Origin: an uncultured virus (IMG/VR IMGVR_UViG_2897118514_000003)
Lineage: Duplodnaviria; Heunggongvirae; Uroviricota; Caudoviricetes
DNA length: 62,254 nucleotides
IMG/VR virus record: IMGVR_UViG_2897118514_000003
Coordinates: 62,001-124,254 of that record
Direction: 5' to 3' (one strand)
Within the stretch, counting starts at the first letter, position 1. Every line of letters begins with the position of its first letter. This document shows, piece after piece, positions 19,374 through 30,495 of this stretch. The translations under genes were made by a program, and so were the position numbers. Under the pieces are notes generated by a model, which saw nothing but the letters and a program-made list of their open reading frames with translations, was not told where the DNA came from and did not search any database.

Positions 19374-19635
19374 CGACCAATAGAAAGTGCCTTGAGCCTT
19401 ACTCCCCCAAGGGATACAGCATTTCTCGGCAAAAAAAGATCAACAAAAAAGCACCTTGAACCCTTGGTACGACTGGGCTGAAAGCCCCTTTTGAGATAAT
19501 CGCCATAAGGGAGAAAGAAAGCTAATTTCCACATAAAAGGGCGAGTAATTCTCCCATTTTTTCAAAAAACCACAAACGTTACCGTAATTATACTTTAACA
19601 CAAAAATAAACGAAATCACTAGGAGGATTTAAAAC

Positions 19636-19911
19636 ATGAACAAAACAGAATTTGTTGGAGCAGTTGCAGAAAAATTAGGTGTTACTAAGAAAGAAGCTAC
19701 TCCTAAAGTTGAAGCAGTATTTAATGTCATCGTTGAAACACTAGCAAAAGGTGAATCAATCAAGATTCCTGGAGTTGGAACATTTGAAGTTCGTGAACGT
19801 GCAGCTCGTAAAGGGAGAAATATTCAAACTGGTGAGGAAATCGAAATCCCTGCTTCAAAAGTAGTGAAATTTAAGCCTGCTAAAGCACTAAAAGACGCAG
19901 TAAAAGCTTAA
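19636..19911 (+). CDS. yonN: HU family DNA-binding protein
   Basis: MNKTE...GVGTFEVRERAARKGRNIQTGEEIEIPA..VVKFKPAKALKDAVK. Confidence 0.95.
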   Translation: MNKTEFVGAVAEKLGVTKKEATPKVEAVFNVIVETLAKGESIKIPGVGTFEVRERAARKGRNIQTGEEIEIPASKVVKFKPAKALKDAVKA

Positions 19912-21570
19912 TAAAATTAATGAGGACGACAGGAAAGGCTTCCTGCACGCTTTGTCATGTCACATAGAGCTTACGCTCCTAAAAGTGGCAGAGTTAGATG
20001 TTATGGAGGAAATTGTCGCCCTCCCCTCTTTTTACATGTGTTCATCTCCAGGTTAATAAATTAGAGTTCTTTTATTGGTGGCATGGGGGTGTCGTCAATA
20101 ATAAGCTGATTACTGATATATGGGATATCAGTTCTCGACTAATGTTCATTTATGAAGGTAAAGTTCAATCTAAATGAATATTAGTGGAGATTCCTCTCCA
20201 GTGTGGACTAGCTTTTCTTGATTAAACAAAATCTACTCCCTTGTTTTCTGTATCATTCTGACACAAAACTGCGGCTGGTCATTGCAGTAAGTCGGATAAT
20301 AGTCATTTATGAGGGTGCGAGGTTAACTCGGATGTCTGTATCTAAAGGAGACAGGTAAATGACTATTATCGGGCTAAACATGTCGGTAAGACCTTTGCTA
20401 CTCAAGTTTTTTATGTAGGGTGAATCCCATCACAGTCTTACTATGGGTGACATGTAGCCTGGATATTAATTGCGGTGTATTGCTTCGGCTTGCACTTAGG
20501 GAAGGGTAGATGCGTCTCCCTTCCCTTTAAATAATGCCCTTGTAAGCTTCGATGCTTATTATGCGGTCAACAAAATTTTTCCGGGTAAACGAGGCTTTGA
20601 AATTACATACCCTCGTAAAATAAGTGATATGGTTTTGGGCGCTTGATCACCGCTCTCATTTCACAGAAAAGGATTATTTTCGGTCTTGCCTTTTCATTTT
20701 CACTTAGGAACATATTCGTTACTTTTCCTTCAAGAAACTTACCTTTCCCATGCACATACCTCCTTACACGGGTCAGGGAAAACTGTGCAAAATAAATGGC
20801 GAGCGTTTGAGACGCTTTGTTTCTCAATAAGGCGTGTAACCTGACAAGAGATACTGAAAATGCCATTGAGAAGGCTTATAATGGGTCTTTCCTTCTCAAA
20901 TTATTTTTTTCCTTGGCTCTCAGACTCTAAGGGCTGACAGTTGACAGGCAACATAAAAACTTGGGGAAAGTAATTACACTTGAAACAGAGTGCGTTGACC
21001 AAGCAACGAAATAACCTGTTATCATTCCCAGACTTCGGGCGCTGGGCAGTTGGCAAGCAACATAAAAACTTGATATATAAGTGCAAAGGTAATAGGAACT
21101 TTAAACACATTCCGGAAAGCGTGCATTATTTGTCGTCATAGCTCATCTGCCATGTGTAGAAGGAGTTCCTGAAGACGTCATAATGACGTCTTTTGTTATT
21201 TTCGACTTACTTATAGTTTGTCGACTGCAAAGGTTTCAGTCGCTGAACCCGTAATCAGCGTATTCCCTGTCGATCTGAAGGCTTGCGTCCCAACGTGAGC
21301 TACTGACGTAGGTGAAACGGGGTTAGAATGTAATCAGAACAAGGTCGTCTAAATCGTTAGAAGGCCTTTTTGTGCTTGCGTTTTACTGATCAGCCGGAAT
21401 GTGCTTCCGAGCCTTCCGGTACGCAAGTTATCAATAATCTCCTTCGGGCGTTTCCCCAACGCCTATCCGACTTATCTTTCATCTCCTTTATATCCCCTTC
21501 TCGGACGTTACCGATGCTTCGGATCATCGGGCTTCCGAAGGAGCTTATTGTACGTAAATAGAAAATTATT
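19912..21570 (+). ncRNA. Putative long structured non-coding RNA region or leader
   Basis: 1.66 kb without a credible ORF, richer in GC than its flanks, more than 15 stems (several with plus-strand G-U pairs) and UUCG loops. Confidence 0.5.
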
Positions 21571-21582
21571 GGAGGAATTTAA

Positions 21583-21774
21583 ATGGCAAGCAAAAAAGTA
21601 CATCAAATTAATGTTAAAGGCTTTTTCGATATGGACGTAATGGAAGTTACTGAACAAACTAAAGAAGCTGAATACACATATGACTTCAAAGAAATTCTTT
21701 CAGAGTTTAATGGAAAGAATGTTTCAATTACTGTAAAAGAAGAAAATGAACTTCCTGTTAAAGACGTTGAGTAA
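21583..21774 (+). CDS. yonK: YonK, first gene of late operon
   Basis: MASKKVHQINVKGFFDMD..., 63 aa, GGAGG RBS. Confidence 0.9.
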   Translation: MASKKVHQINVKGFFDMDVMEVTEQTKEAEYTYDFKEILSEFNGKNVSITVKEENELPVKDVE

Positions 21775-21786
21775 GGCGGTGACTGA

Positions 21787-23004
21787 ATGATCGATCCTGT
21801 TCAAACTAAGCGTCACTCAGATGAAAACCTTAAAGAATGGAAAATAAGAATCTGCTCTAATAAAGACATTTATAATCTAAACTGGGAAGAAATCAAAGAG
21901 TTAATCAACAAGGAAACCGGCGAATCTAAAGGTGAATCAGCTTATAGAAAATGGTTCAACAACTTCATTGAAGGAGTTGAATACCAAAAAGAAAAGTCAG
22001 CTGAATCAAATAATTCTCTCCTTGAATTGGAACTGAAAAAGGTTGAAATCATGGAAGAGAGAAAAAAGCTTCAAGCTGTAAAGCATGAAATACATAAAAA
22101 TACACGTGTCAAAGGTCGAACAGAGCTTCTATATGAAAATGTAACTGAAGCAATTGAGAAAGTAGGTACTCTCCCTCCCCCTTCCTTCTATCCATTAAAT
22201 AAGAGCGAAAGAAAAAGAGCTGCTGTTCTAGGGTTTGGAGATGAACACTTCGGGAAGCAATTTAAAAGCAACAACAATGAATACAACGAACAGATTTATT
22301 TGCAGCGCATGAATCAGATTCTTTCTGAAACTGTTGAGTACATTCAAAAAGAAAATTTAGATGAGCTGGTCGTGTTAAATGGTGCTGACAGTGTTGAAGG
22401 TATGGCATTGCGCGTATCGCAATTAACTGCCCTTCAGTACGGGTTTATTGACCAAGTGATAAAATACTCTAGGTACAAAGCTGAATGGCTACTAGAACTT
22501 TCTAAGTACGTCAAAATTAAGTACATACATATCCCTTCTGCAAATCATACTGAACTAAGATTACATAATACAAATCGCTCGGAAATGCCTAAAGAAGATG
22601 TAGAGCGTATTATAGCTACTTATATCCATGACGTACTCAAAGACAATGAGCGAATTGAGGTTCCTTTATACGACGAAGGAATTGTGGATTTTAAATTACT
22701 TGAATTTGAAATTGTGGCATGTCACGGACACCAGATTAAAAACAAAAAGAATGCCATTCGTGACATCTCACAGATGAAACGAAAATTCTACGATTACATG
22801 TACATCTCCCACTTCCACCACGGAAACATGCTCACTGTAGGTGAAGCAGCCACTCATAATATCCAAGTTATACAACTCCCTTCTGTAATGGGTTCCGATG
22901 AATACAGTGACAGCTTAATGACAGGTGCCAAAGCCGGAGCAAACTTATCAATTTATGAGTCTGGTAAAGGTAGGACTATTCAGTACGATTACATATTGAA
23001 CTAA
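21787..23004 (+). CDS. yonJ: YonJ, calcineurin-like metallophosphoesterase
   Basis: DEH, D, NH, HGH and HFH metal motifs; 405 aa. Confidence 0.85.
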   Translation: MIDPVQTKRHSDENLKEWKIRICSNKDIYNLNWEEIKELINKETGESKGESAYRKWFNNFIEGVEYQKEKSAESNNSLLELELKKVEIMEERKKLQAVKHEIHKNTRVKGRTELLYENVTEAIEKVGTLPPPSFYPLNKSERKRAAVLGFGDEHFGKQFKSNNNEYNEQIYLQRMNQILSETVEYIQKENLDELVVLNGADSVEGMALRVSQLTALQYGFIDQVIKYSRYKAEWLLELSKYVKIKYIHIPSANHTELRLHNTNRSEMPKEDVERIIATYIHDVLKDNERIEVPLYDEGIVDFKLLEFEIVACHGHQIKNKKNAIRDISQMKRKFYDYMYISHFHHGNMLTVGEAATHNIQVIQLPSVMGSDEYSDSLMTGAKAGANLSIYESGKGRTIQYDYILN

Positions 23005-23025
23005 TAAGGAGGAGGATATAAAAGT

Positions 23026-23481
23026 ATGGATTTAGCAATGCACGAAGTATATAACCTTCACTTGTATGATAGAAAAACTGAGGAATCTTTAGTTGATTTA
23101 ACAACACTTCAAGATGTTGAAATTTTTTATAGTGATGAACATGAAACGTATTTGATTTTTGCAAAGAATGCTCTGTTAAATTTTGAGGCTCTTAAATTTT
23201 TAGGTGATTATAAAGCTCCTACCTCCTTTGAATCAAAGTTGGGAAAGAAACAATATATTTCTGTTTTAACTGAGACACCTAAGCATGAATTCAAACTATT
23301 GGCTGAAACTGTCGGTTCTTACCCTGAGTCATCAGAGGCCCATAGAGTTACCTTAGAGTTTAACAATGTAGAAATTATTTCTAGAGCTGAATTAAAAGGT
23401 GTCAACGGAGAAGTATCGGGTTTAGACTTGATTTTTAAAGTGAACCCAGTTGATAAAGAATTTTTTAAAATTCACTATTGA
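23026..23481 (+). CDS. Hypothetical protein, 151 aa (yonI position)
   Basis: AGGAGG RBS; stop abuts a palindromic site. Confidence 0.75.
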   Translation: MDLAMHEVYNLHLYDRKTEESLVDLTTLQDVEIFYSDEHETYLIFAKNALLNFEALKFLGDYKAPTSFESKLGKKQYISVLTETPKHEFKLLAETVGSYPESSEAHRVTLEFNNVEIISRAELKGVNGEVSGLDLIFKVNPVDKEFFKIHY

Positions 23482-23565
23482 TAAAACTTTAATTTTATTT
23501 AGATTGGAGTCACATTAATAGCTGACTACAAAAAGGTTTATTAAAGTAATACAAAAAACGACCGT

Positions 23566-24108
23566 TTGAGGATGAAGAAGAAAATGACAAATGAAGATTT
23601 TAAATACTTAAATAAACATTTAGAAACTCTCTCAGAGTTAAAAAAATCTGGATACAGATGTGATGCTGAGATTAAACGAGTATTAGAAGCTATTCATTTA
23701 ACTATTTTTGGTGATAAAATCGAACCACCATTCAAGCGAATGAAAGTTGTTTTTAATGACGTTGATAAATCACTACAAGAAAAATTCCATAAAAATGCAC
23801 CTAAGGTTCTTCTGGTAAATGATTCTCAGAGAGGTAAAGGCAAAACAACTCTTCTTCTTAGGTTATCACAAGAGAACAATATCCCTTTACTTGTAGGTGG
23901 ACATAAAGAGATTTATAAAGACTTGGCTAAAGAAAAAGGAATTAGTTGTACTATTTTCTCAGCCAATTATTTAGATGGTAATCATTTTCCGAATGGCGTC
24001 TATATTGACTGTACTGTTAATAAAGAGCAACTCAAAACAATTAAAAAATTAGGAATTGAGATCAAAGGAGGATTTTTTCACGATGAAGTCCTCTCTTCTT
24101 TAGTTTAA
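23566..24108 (+). CDS. YonH-position protein with P-loop-like motif
   Basis: RGKGKTT; start uncertain (23572 or 23584 likely). Confidence 0.7.
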   Translation: MRMKKKMTNEDFKYLNKHLETLSELKKSGYRCDAEIKRVLEAIHLTIFGDKIEPPFKRMKVVFNDVDKSLQEKFHKNAPKVLLVNDSQRGKGKTTLLLRLSQENNIPLLVGGHKEIYKDLAKEKGISCTIFSANYLDGNHFPNGVYIDCTVNKEQLKTIKKLGIEIKGGFFHDEVLSSLV

Positions 24109-24214
24109 GCACCTTTTTAGAACGCCCAGTGATGATTGTGGTTCTCCCCTTCCGCGCTATTGCTGGGCGTTTTATAAAACGTGTTTACATCAACTAACTT
24201 TATGGAGGTGAAAT

Positions 24215-25135
24215 ATGTCTGCTGAAAAAATAAAATGCTCATGCTGCGGCAAAGAACAAAATGCCAATCAATATTATATATCGGAATCTCCTTTCAATTC
24301 TGCAACAGGCAAACTGTCAGTATGTAAGAGCTGTCTCCAAAATGAATTCCAAAAAGACAAAGATAACTTAAAGAATGTGCAAAACATCTTGAGAATGATT
24401 GATCGTCCATTTGTTTACGACTTATGGGTTTCCGCTGTTAATGAATCAGAGTCCAAGAAAAAATCAGCTGGAAATGTGTTAGGTACGTATATGAAAAATA
24501 TCGGAATGAAAGATTACAAGTCAAAAACTTGGGCAGACAGTGAGTTTGACTTTGAAGAAGAACAAGAATACACAACACAATTGTTACTAGCTAAAAGTAC
24601 AGAAGATATATCTAAGGAAGACATAGATGAATTAATGCAATTCTGGGGTCGTGGTCTTGATGTTGAAGATTACATTTGGCTTCAGAATGAGTACATTGAC
24701 TTCACGAATAGGTATGAATGCGACTCTAAGGGAATGGAACTTCTTATAAATGAAATATGTTTGACTCGGTTAGATATACGCAAACGGCGGGAAAATGGTG
24801 AAAAAGTCGATCAGCAACAAAAAACTCTTCAAGATTTACTTGGATCAAGTAATTTAAAACCTGTTCAAGAAACTGGAGCAAGTGGAGTTGAACAAGAGTC
24901 TTTTGGCACTCTGATCAAAAAATATGAGAATGAGAGACCTATTCCTGAGCCGGAGCCGAGGTGGAAAGATCCTGATAAAATCGGGAAATACATTAAGGTA
25001 TTTTTCCTTGGGCATCTGTCCCGAATGCTTGGTTTGAAAAATCAATATTCAGAGGAATATTGGGAAGAAATGAATAAGCATACTGTTGAAGAACCAGTTG
25101 CAGAAGAAGAGGATCGAGAAAATGACCTCACATAA
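24215..25135 (+). CDS. yonG: YonG, probable terminase small subunit
   Basis: 306 aa, N-terminal CxxC..CxxC, overlaps the terminase large gene. Confidence 0.75.
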   Translation: MSAEKIKCSCCGKEQNANQYYISESPFNSATGKLSVCKSCLQNEFQKDKDNLKNVQNILRMIDRPFVYDLWVSAVNESESKKKSAGNVLGTYMKNIGMKDYKSKTWADSEFDFEEEQEYTTQLLLAKSTEDISKEDIDELMQFWGRGLDVEDYIWLQNEYIDFTNRYECDSKGMELLINEICLTRLDIRKRRENGEKVDQQQKTLQDLLGSSNLKPVQETGASGVEQESFGTLIKKYENERPIPEPEPRWKDPDKIGKYIKVFFLGHLSRMLGLKNQYSEEYWEEMNKHTVEEPVAEEEDRENDLT

Positions 25136-26891
25136 AAATTTTACAACAGATCGCAACAAGCACAGTCGAGGAATCAATATTTTTAAAAAGGGAAACAACT
25201 TTAAAAAGAAATCAAAATCCGAACGATTAATGGATGGTATCGGCGCATGGACTTCTTTCTATAGAGCAAACCCACATCGTTTTGTAAAAGAATACTTGGG
25301 TATTACCCTTAAATTGTTTCAATGTATTTTAATTTACATGATGGTACATAACCATTATTTTATGTACTTGGCCAGTCGTGGGCAGGGTAAAACTTGGTTA
25401 ACCTCTGTATACTGCTGTGTGCAAGCCATACTCTTCCCAGGTACTAAAATAGTTATCGCATCGGGCACAAAGGGACAGGCTCGTGAAGTCATAGAGAAAA
25501 TTGATGACTTACGCAAAGAATCACCTAATTTAAGGCGAGAAATTGAAGATTTAAAAACCTCAACAAATGATGCTAAAGTGGAGTTTCATAATGGCAGCTG
25601 GATTAAAATCGTAGCCTCAAATGATGGCGCCCGCTCCAAGCGTGCAAACCTCCTTATTGTAGATGAATTCAGAATGGTTGATTTTGAAATCATCAGTAAA
25701 GTACTTCGAAAATTCCTGACAGCTCCCCGTTCTCCTAAATATCTCGAAAAAGAAGAATACGCTCATCTAAAAGAACGAAACAAAGAAATTTACTTGTCAT
25801 CCTGCTGGTATAAGGTTCATTGGTCATTTAACAGATTCATAACTTACTACAATGCCATGATGAAAGGATCAAAATACTTTGTGTGTGGTCTCCCTTATCA
25901 GATCGCAATTAAAGAAGGCCTTTTGGATAAAGATCAAGTTAGAGATGAAATGGCCGAAGAAGACTTCGATCCTATTGGTTGGTCTATGGAAATGGAAGCT
26001 CTCTGGTTTGGTGAATCTGAAAAAGCTTATTTTAAATTTGAAGACATTGAAAAGAACCGCAAGCTTGCTTCTCCCCTCTTCCCTCCTGACTATTACAGTC
26101 TGATCAAGGATTCTAACTTCAAATATGAAGGCAAGAAACCAGGAGAAATTAGACTGGTAAGCAATGATATCGCTGGAATGGCCGGTAAGGATAATGATGC
26201 CAGTGTTTATACTGTATTCAGACTGATTCCAAACTCCAATGGATATGATCGTCATATTGTATACATGGAGAGCATCGTAGGCGGTCACACAGGAACTCAA
26301 GCAACAAGAATTAGACAAATATACGAAGATTATGATTGCGATTATATTGTATTAGATACTCAAAGTATCGGACTTGGTGTGTATGATGCATTATGCCAGC
26401 CTTTATATGATAAAGAACGTGCAAAAGAATATGAGCCATTTTCATGTATTAACGATGAAAGAATGGCTGAGCGTTGTACTTATCAAAATGCCGAAAAAGT
26501 AATTTATAGCATTAAAGGTAATGCACAATTGAACAGCGAAATTGCGGTATTACTAAAAGATGGATTCAAACGAGGAAAAATCAAAATTCCTATCAACGAA
26601 AATGAAGGAAAAGAATACCTGAAAAGATTTAAAGGCTATGAAGGGCTATCTCCTGAAGTTAAAGGAAAATTCCTTTCAAGCTATGCTCAGATTACCCTTC
26701 TAATAAATGAAATGATCAACTTAGAAGCTGAATATAGCGATAACGGACAAGTTAAGCTTAAAGAGCCAAAGAGTAAACGAAAAGACAGATATAGCTCAGT
26801 GGCTTATGGCAACTATATTGCGACTGTATTAGAAAGACAGTTAAACAAACAAACTGAATATGACGTTGAAGATGAACTAGTCTATTTTTAA
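25122..26891 (+). CDS. yonF: YonF, terminase large subunit (589 aa from ATG 25122)
   Basis: ASRGQGKT Walker A, LLIVDE Walker B, DIAG..DND nuclease motif, KDRYS. Confidence 0.9.
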   Translation: MTSHKNFTTDRNKHSRGINIFKKGNNFKKKSKSERLMDGIGAWTSFYRANPHRFVKEYLGITLKLFQCILIYMMVHNHYFMYLASRGQGKTWLTSVYCCVQAILFPGTKIVIASGTKGQAREVIEKIDDLRKESPNLRREIEDLKTSTNDAKVEFHNGSWIKIVASNDGARSKRANLLIVDEFRMVDFEIISKVLRKFLTAPRSPKYLEKEEYAHLKERNKEIYLSSCWYKVHWSFNRFITYYNAMMKGSKYFVCGLPYQIAIKEGLLDKDQVRDEMAEEDFDPIGWSMEMEALWFGESEKAYFKFEDIEKNRKLASPLFPPDYYSLIKDSNFKYEGKKPGEIRLVSNDIAGMAGKDNDASVYTVFRLIPNSNGYDRHIVYMESIVGGHTGTQATRIRQIYEDYDCDYIVLDTQSIGLGVYDALCQPLYDKERAKEYEPFSCINDERMAERCTYQNAEKVIYSIKGNAQLNSEIAVLLKDGFKRGKIKIPINENEGKEYLKRFKGYEGLSPEVKGKFLSSYAQITLLINEMINLEAEYSDNGQVKLKEPKSKRKDRYSSVAYGNYIATVLERQLNKQTEYDVEDELVYF

Positions 26892-26908
26892 AAGAAATGA
26901 GGTGAAAC

Positions 26909-28429
26909 ATGGTAACCTTAAATAAAGTTGACATTGAGTCTGAAGAGTATAAGCAAATGCTGAATGACTATTCAACTTATACTTCTACATTTGCTTCCGG
27001 CTTTATCTCAAATATGTTTTCCAATGGCATTGTTACGGAAATTGAGGCCGAACAATTAAAGAATTATTTTTCTAACCCCGATGAATTTCAAGAAGAAATT
27101 GAAGATCTTGCTGAGTATTTTTACATTTCGACTGCAGAGATTCACCAATTGTTTGAATTGATTGAAGCCCTCCCTACCCTCAACTATAAAATTGACTCCT
27201 TTAATAAAGTTAAGTCTTCAGATAAGCACATTTCCCTTTTGAATAAATCCTTACATAAGGTCAAACATAAAAGACTTACTAGGGATCTGTTAAAACAGGT
27301 AGCTACAGCTGGCACTCTTGTTGGTATATGGCTTGGGGATGCTAAGAGCCCCTATCCGTTTATTTTTGATGAGATTAAATATGTATTCCCCTCCTTTAGA
27401 AGAAATGGAGACTGGGTATGTGTAGTTGACATGGAGCTGTTCACTAAGTATAAAGATGATCACAGAAATGAATTGTTAAAAAGCCTCTCCCCTTATATTA
27501 AACAAAGCGATTATGAAAACTTCATGAAAGATCGAGAGAAATATCGATATAAGGAACTGCCACAAGAAAGAACTTTTCCACTACGCACAGGAACTCTAAA
27601 AAGAAATCAAGGATTGGGAACATCTTGGGTTACCCCAGGTTTATATGATGTTCTCCATAAAAAGAAGCTTAAGGATGTTGAAAGATCCATCGCAAATAAA
27701 ATTATTAACGCTGTTGCAGTTCTAACGATTGGAACAGATAAAGGCAATGGCGAATACACAAACATGAAGCTGCCTAAAGCAGTTAAACAAAAAATTCATG
27801 GTGGAGTTAAAGCAGCTTTAGAAAAGAACCAAAAAGATGGAGTAACTGTAGTATCAATCCCAGACTATGCCGATATCAACTTTCCTGATGTTAAAGCAGA
27901 TGGATTAGATGGAGCAAAATTTGACCATATCAATAGCGATATTCAATCTGCTTACGGCTTATCCGGCTCCCTTTTAAATGGTGATGGGGGTAACTATGCA
28001 ACGTCGTCGTTAAACTTGGATACATTTTATAAGCGTATTGGAGTTTTAATGGAGGATATTGAGCAAGAGGTTTATCAAAAGTTATTCAACCTTGTTTTGC
28101 CTGCTGCCCAAAAAGACAACTACTATATGAATTACGATAAGGACAAGCCGCTCACTCTCAAAGAAAAAATGGATATCTTAATTAAATTAAATGATAAGGG
28201 CTGGTCTATTAAGCACGTAGTTGACAATTTGGCAGGAGTGTCTTGGGAAAGTTACCTTGAACAAACTCTATATGAAACTGAAGAGCTGAAACTCCAAGAA
28301 AAAATTAGACCTTATCAAACTTCATATACCTTCACTGGGAATGAAGTTGGCCGCCCAAATGAAGGTAATAAAAACAACGACAACACAGTGAAGTCAGCTA
28401 CATCCAACGGTAATGACAATCCTATTTAA
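26909..28429 (+). CDS. yonE: YonE, portal protein
   Basis: 506 aa, follows terminase, synteny. Confidence 0.85.
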   Translation: MVTLNKVDIESEEYKQMLNDYSTYTSTFASGFISNMFSNGIVTEIEAEQLKNYFSNPDEFQEEIEDLAEYFYISTAEIHQLFELIEALPTLNYKIDSFNKVKSSDKHISLLNKSLHKVKHKRLTRDLLKQVATAGTLVGIWLGDAKSPYPFIFDEIKYVFPSFRRNGDWVCVVDMELFTKYKDDHRNELLKSLSPYIKQSDYENFMKDREKYRYKELPQERTFPLRTGTLKRNQGLGTSWVTPGLYDVLHKKKLKDVERSIANKIINAVAVLTIGTDKGNGEYTNMKLPKAVKQKIHGGVKAALEKNQKDGVTVVSIPDYADINFPDVKADGLDGAKFDHINSDIQSAYGLSGSLLNGDGGNYATSSLNLDTFYKRIGVLMEDIEQEVYQKLFNLVLPAAQKDNYYMNYDKDKPLTLKEKMDILIKLNDKGWSIKHVVDNLAGVSWESYLEQTLYETEELKLQEKIRPYQTSYTFTGNEVGRPNEGNKNNDNTVKSATSNGNDNPI

Positions 28430-28459
28430 AACTTCACTTTTGAAGGGAGGTGAAATTAT

Positions 28460-29896
28460 TTGACAAAGAAGCAAAAGAAAAAACTATGCCAACTTCAATT
28501 GAATGAGATTAAAACATCAGATGACCCAACAAAGTTGTCATGTAGCTTTGTCATTTTTGATTTCGATGTCTCTCACAATAATGCAGTAATTTCTAAGGAT
28601 GTTGCTCTTGAAGCTGCTTCAACAATTATTAATAAACCAATTGTTGCAAAATATTACGAGGTTGATGAATTAAATACTTCTACAGATGCATTGGGAACTC
28701 ATGAAGCTTATCTAGACACAGACAAGCACGGAGAACTTGAAGTAAAAAGAGATACTGCCCCAATCGGTGTCTTTACATCCGAGGGATACATAACTGAAAT
28801 TGAAACCCCAGATGGTAAAAAAGAAGTATTGGCAGCAGATGCAATACTTTGGAGCTCTCGATTTAAAGATGCATGTGAACTTTTACTTGAATGGTATGGT
28901 AGAGGCATCAACATTAATACAAGTTGTGAGATCCTTTATTCAAATTACACTGTGCAAGATGGTATCGAACACCTACAGTCCCCCATCTATTTCGAAGGTC
29001 ATGCAATTTTAAATTCAGAGAAACGTGGAGAGCATGACATTGTCCTCCCCGCCTACGATTCTTCCAAACTTCTAAGCTTTAATGAACTTCAACGATTTGA
29101 AAGATTAGTGGCTCAAGCAGCTACAAGACAAAATAATGAGGAAGGTGAAAAAATGAATAAGTTTAGAAAAGTGTTTGAATTGTCTCACTCTGACGTTCGG
29201 ACGCTTCTATATAGCCAATTAGATCCAACCCTTGATAAAGAATCAGATTCATTTATTGCAGATGTATATGATACGTATTTCATCGTAAACGTGTATAGCT
29301 GGTCAGATGAAAATAGCTATGACAAATACTTTAAGTTCAATTACACAAGAACAGGCGATACTGTTTCAATTGATTTTGACAGTAAAACTGAGGTATTCAT
29401 GACTCGCAACTGGGAGGAAGTTGTTCCTGAACCTATTCAATCACAACTTAACCAGAAAGATGAACAAATTAAAGATTTAACGAAACAAGTAAATCAAATC
29501 AATAAGGATAAGGTAGGAATTGAACAGCAATTCAACACTGCCAGTGAAAAGCTTGTGCAATTAAATTCTGAAGTGGAACAATTGAAGCCTTATAAAGAAA
29601 AACACGAGAAAACTTTATTAGAGCAAAAACTAAGTGAGAAAAATGAATTCTATAAAGCGAAATTTGAAGCTTTAAATGCTGAGGAAAAATTCAGTACAGA
29701 AGAAGTACAAAACCTTATCCATGCTTCCATTAAACAAGGTGAAGAAGGAGAAAAAGCTGTATTACAACTTAACACAATGTTAGTTGATTTAGTTAGTGTT
29801 CCTGCTGAAACTAATACAACCATTAGAGAATTTTCTAGCAAACGGGAAAATTTAATCCCTAATGATGACTCTTTTGAATCCCGCTTTTCACAATAA
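28460..29896 (+). CDS. yonD: YonD, probable prohead protease/scaffold
   Basis: 478 aa; N-terminal H and S-x-E motifs, coiled-coil C-terminus. Confidence 0.75.
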   Translation: MTKKQKKKLCQLQLNEIKTSDDPTKLSCSFVIFDFDVSHNNAVISKDVALEAASTIINKPIVAKYYEVDELNTSTDALGTHEAYLDTDKHGELEVKRDTAPIGVFTSEGYITEIETPDGKKEVLAADAILWSSRFKDACELLLEWYGRGININTSCEILYSNYTVQDGIEHLQSPIYFEGHAILNSEKRGEHDIVLPAYDSSKLLSFNELQRFERLVAQAATRQNNEEGEKMNKFRKVFELSHSDVRTLLYSQLDPTLDKESDSFIADVYDTYFIVNVYSWSDENSYDKYFKFNYTRTGDTVSIDFDSKTEVFMTRNWEEVVPEPIQSQLNQKDEQIKDLTKQVNQINKDKVGIEQQFNTASEKLVQLNSEVEQLKPYKEKHEKTLLEQKLSEKNEFYKAKFEALNAEEKFSTEEVQNLIHASIKQGEEGEKAVLQLNTMLVDLVSVPAETNTTIREFSSKRENLIPNDDSFESRFSQ

Positions 29897-29920
29897 ATTT
29901 TAAAATCGGAGGAATAAAAT

Positions 29921-30457
29921 ATGGCTACAAGATTACAAAAAGCCCTTACTGAAGTAGGGAATCATACTACTGGAAACTTGAATTCTTTAAAAATTAAAAC
30001 AGTTGCTCACGGTGCAAAAGTAACTGGATCAGATATTGACAACTTTATGCTTGTTGAACTTGGATTTGATGCTGAGGGAAACCGTACAGCTTCGAAGTTA
30101 TCAGATAAAACAAAAAAATCATATTTAATTGCATCTCCTGAAGCACGCTATCTTGGTGAATCAATGAGAGATTTTTATAACGGTGTAGGAGAGCATGCTC
30201 GAATTGTTATCCTTGAGCCAGCTTATACCCGTTTTGATGTTTCTGCATTTTCATTTAATACAGGAGTGACTGAGGTTAAACAAGGTCAAGTAGCTCACTT
30301 TGATATTGCTACTCAAAAGTATATTCTTAGTGATCCTGCTTCCCCTCATGAGGATTATGCTGATTCTTCTGCTAAGTTCCTCGTTGTAAATAATGAAGAT
30401 GACCTTGTTTACACAATGGGACAAAAACTTGTTCGCCTTGAAGTAATCGAGGCCTAA
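29921..30457 (+). CDS. yonC: YonC, probable head decoration protein
   Basis: 178 aa between scaffold and capsid genes. Confidence 0.7.
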   Translation: MATRLQKALTEVGNHTTGNLNSLKIKTVAHGAKVTGSDIDNFMLVELGFDAEGNRTASKLSDKTKKSYLIASPEARYLGESMRDFYNGVGEHARIVILEPAYTRFDVSAFSFNTGVTEVKQGQVAHFDIATQKYILSDPASPHEDYADSSAKFLVVNNEDDLVYTMGQKLVRLEVIEA

Positions 30458-30495
30458 TACATAACAAATAAATTTCAATAAAAGGAGTATTTTAA

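Noticed and set aside
20938..21072. CRISPR mini-array
   Set aside because: Only two good and one degenerate repeat, structured intervening sequences, no cas genes
20603..21640. Short track ORFs in the yonN-yonK gap
   Set aside because: No convincing RBS, atypical composition, overlapping on both strands; better explained as structured RNA
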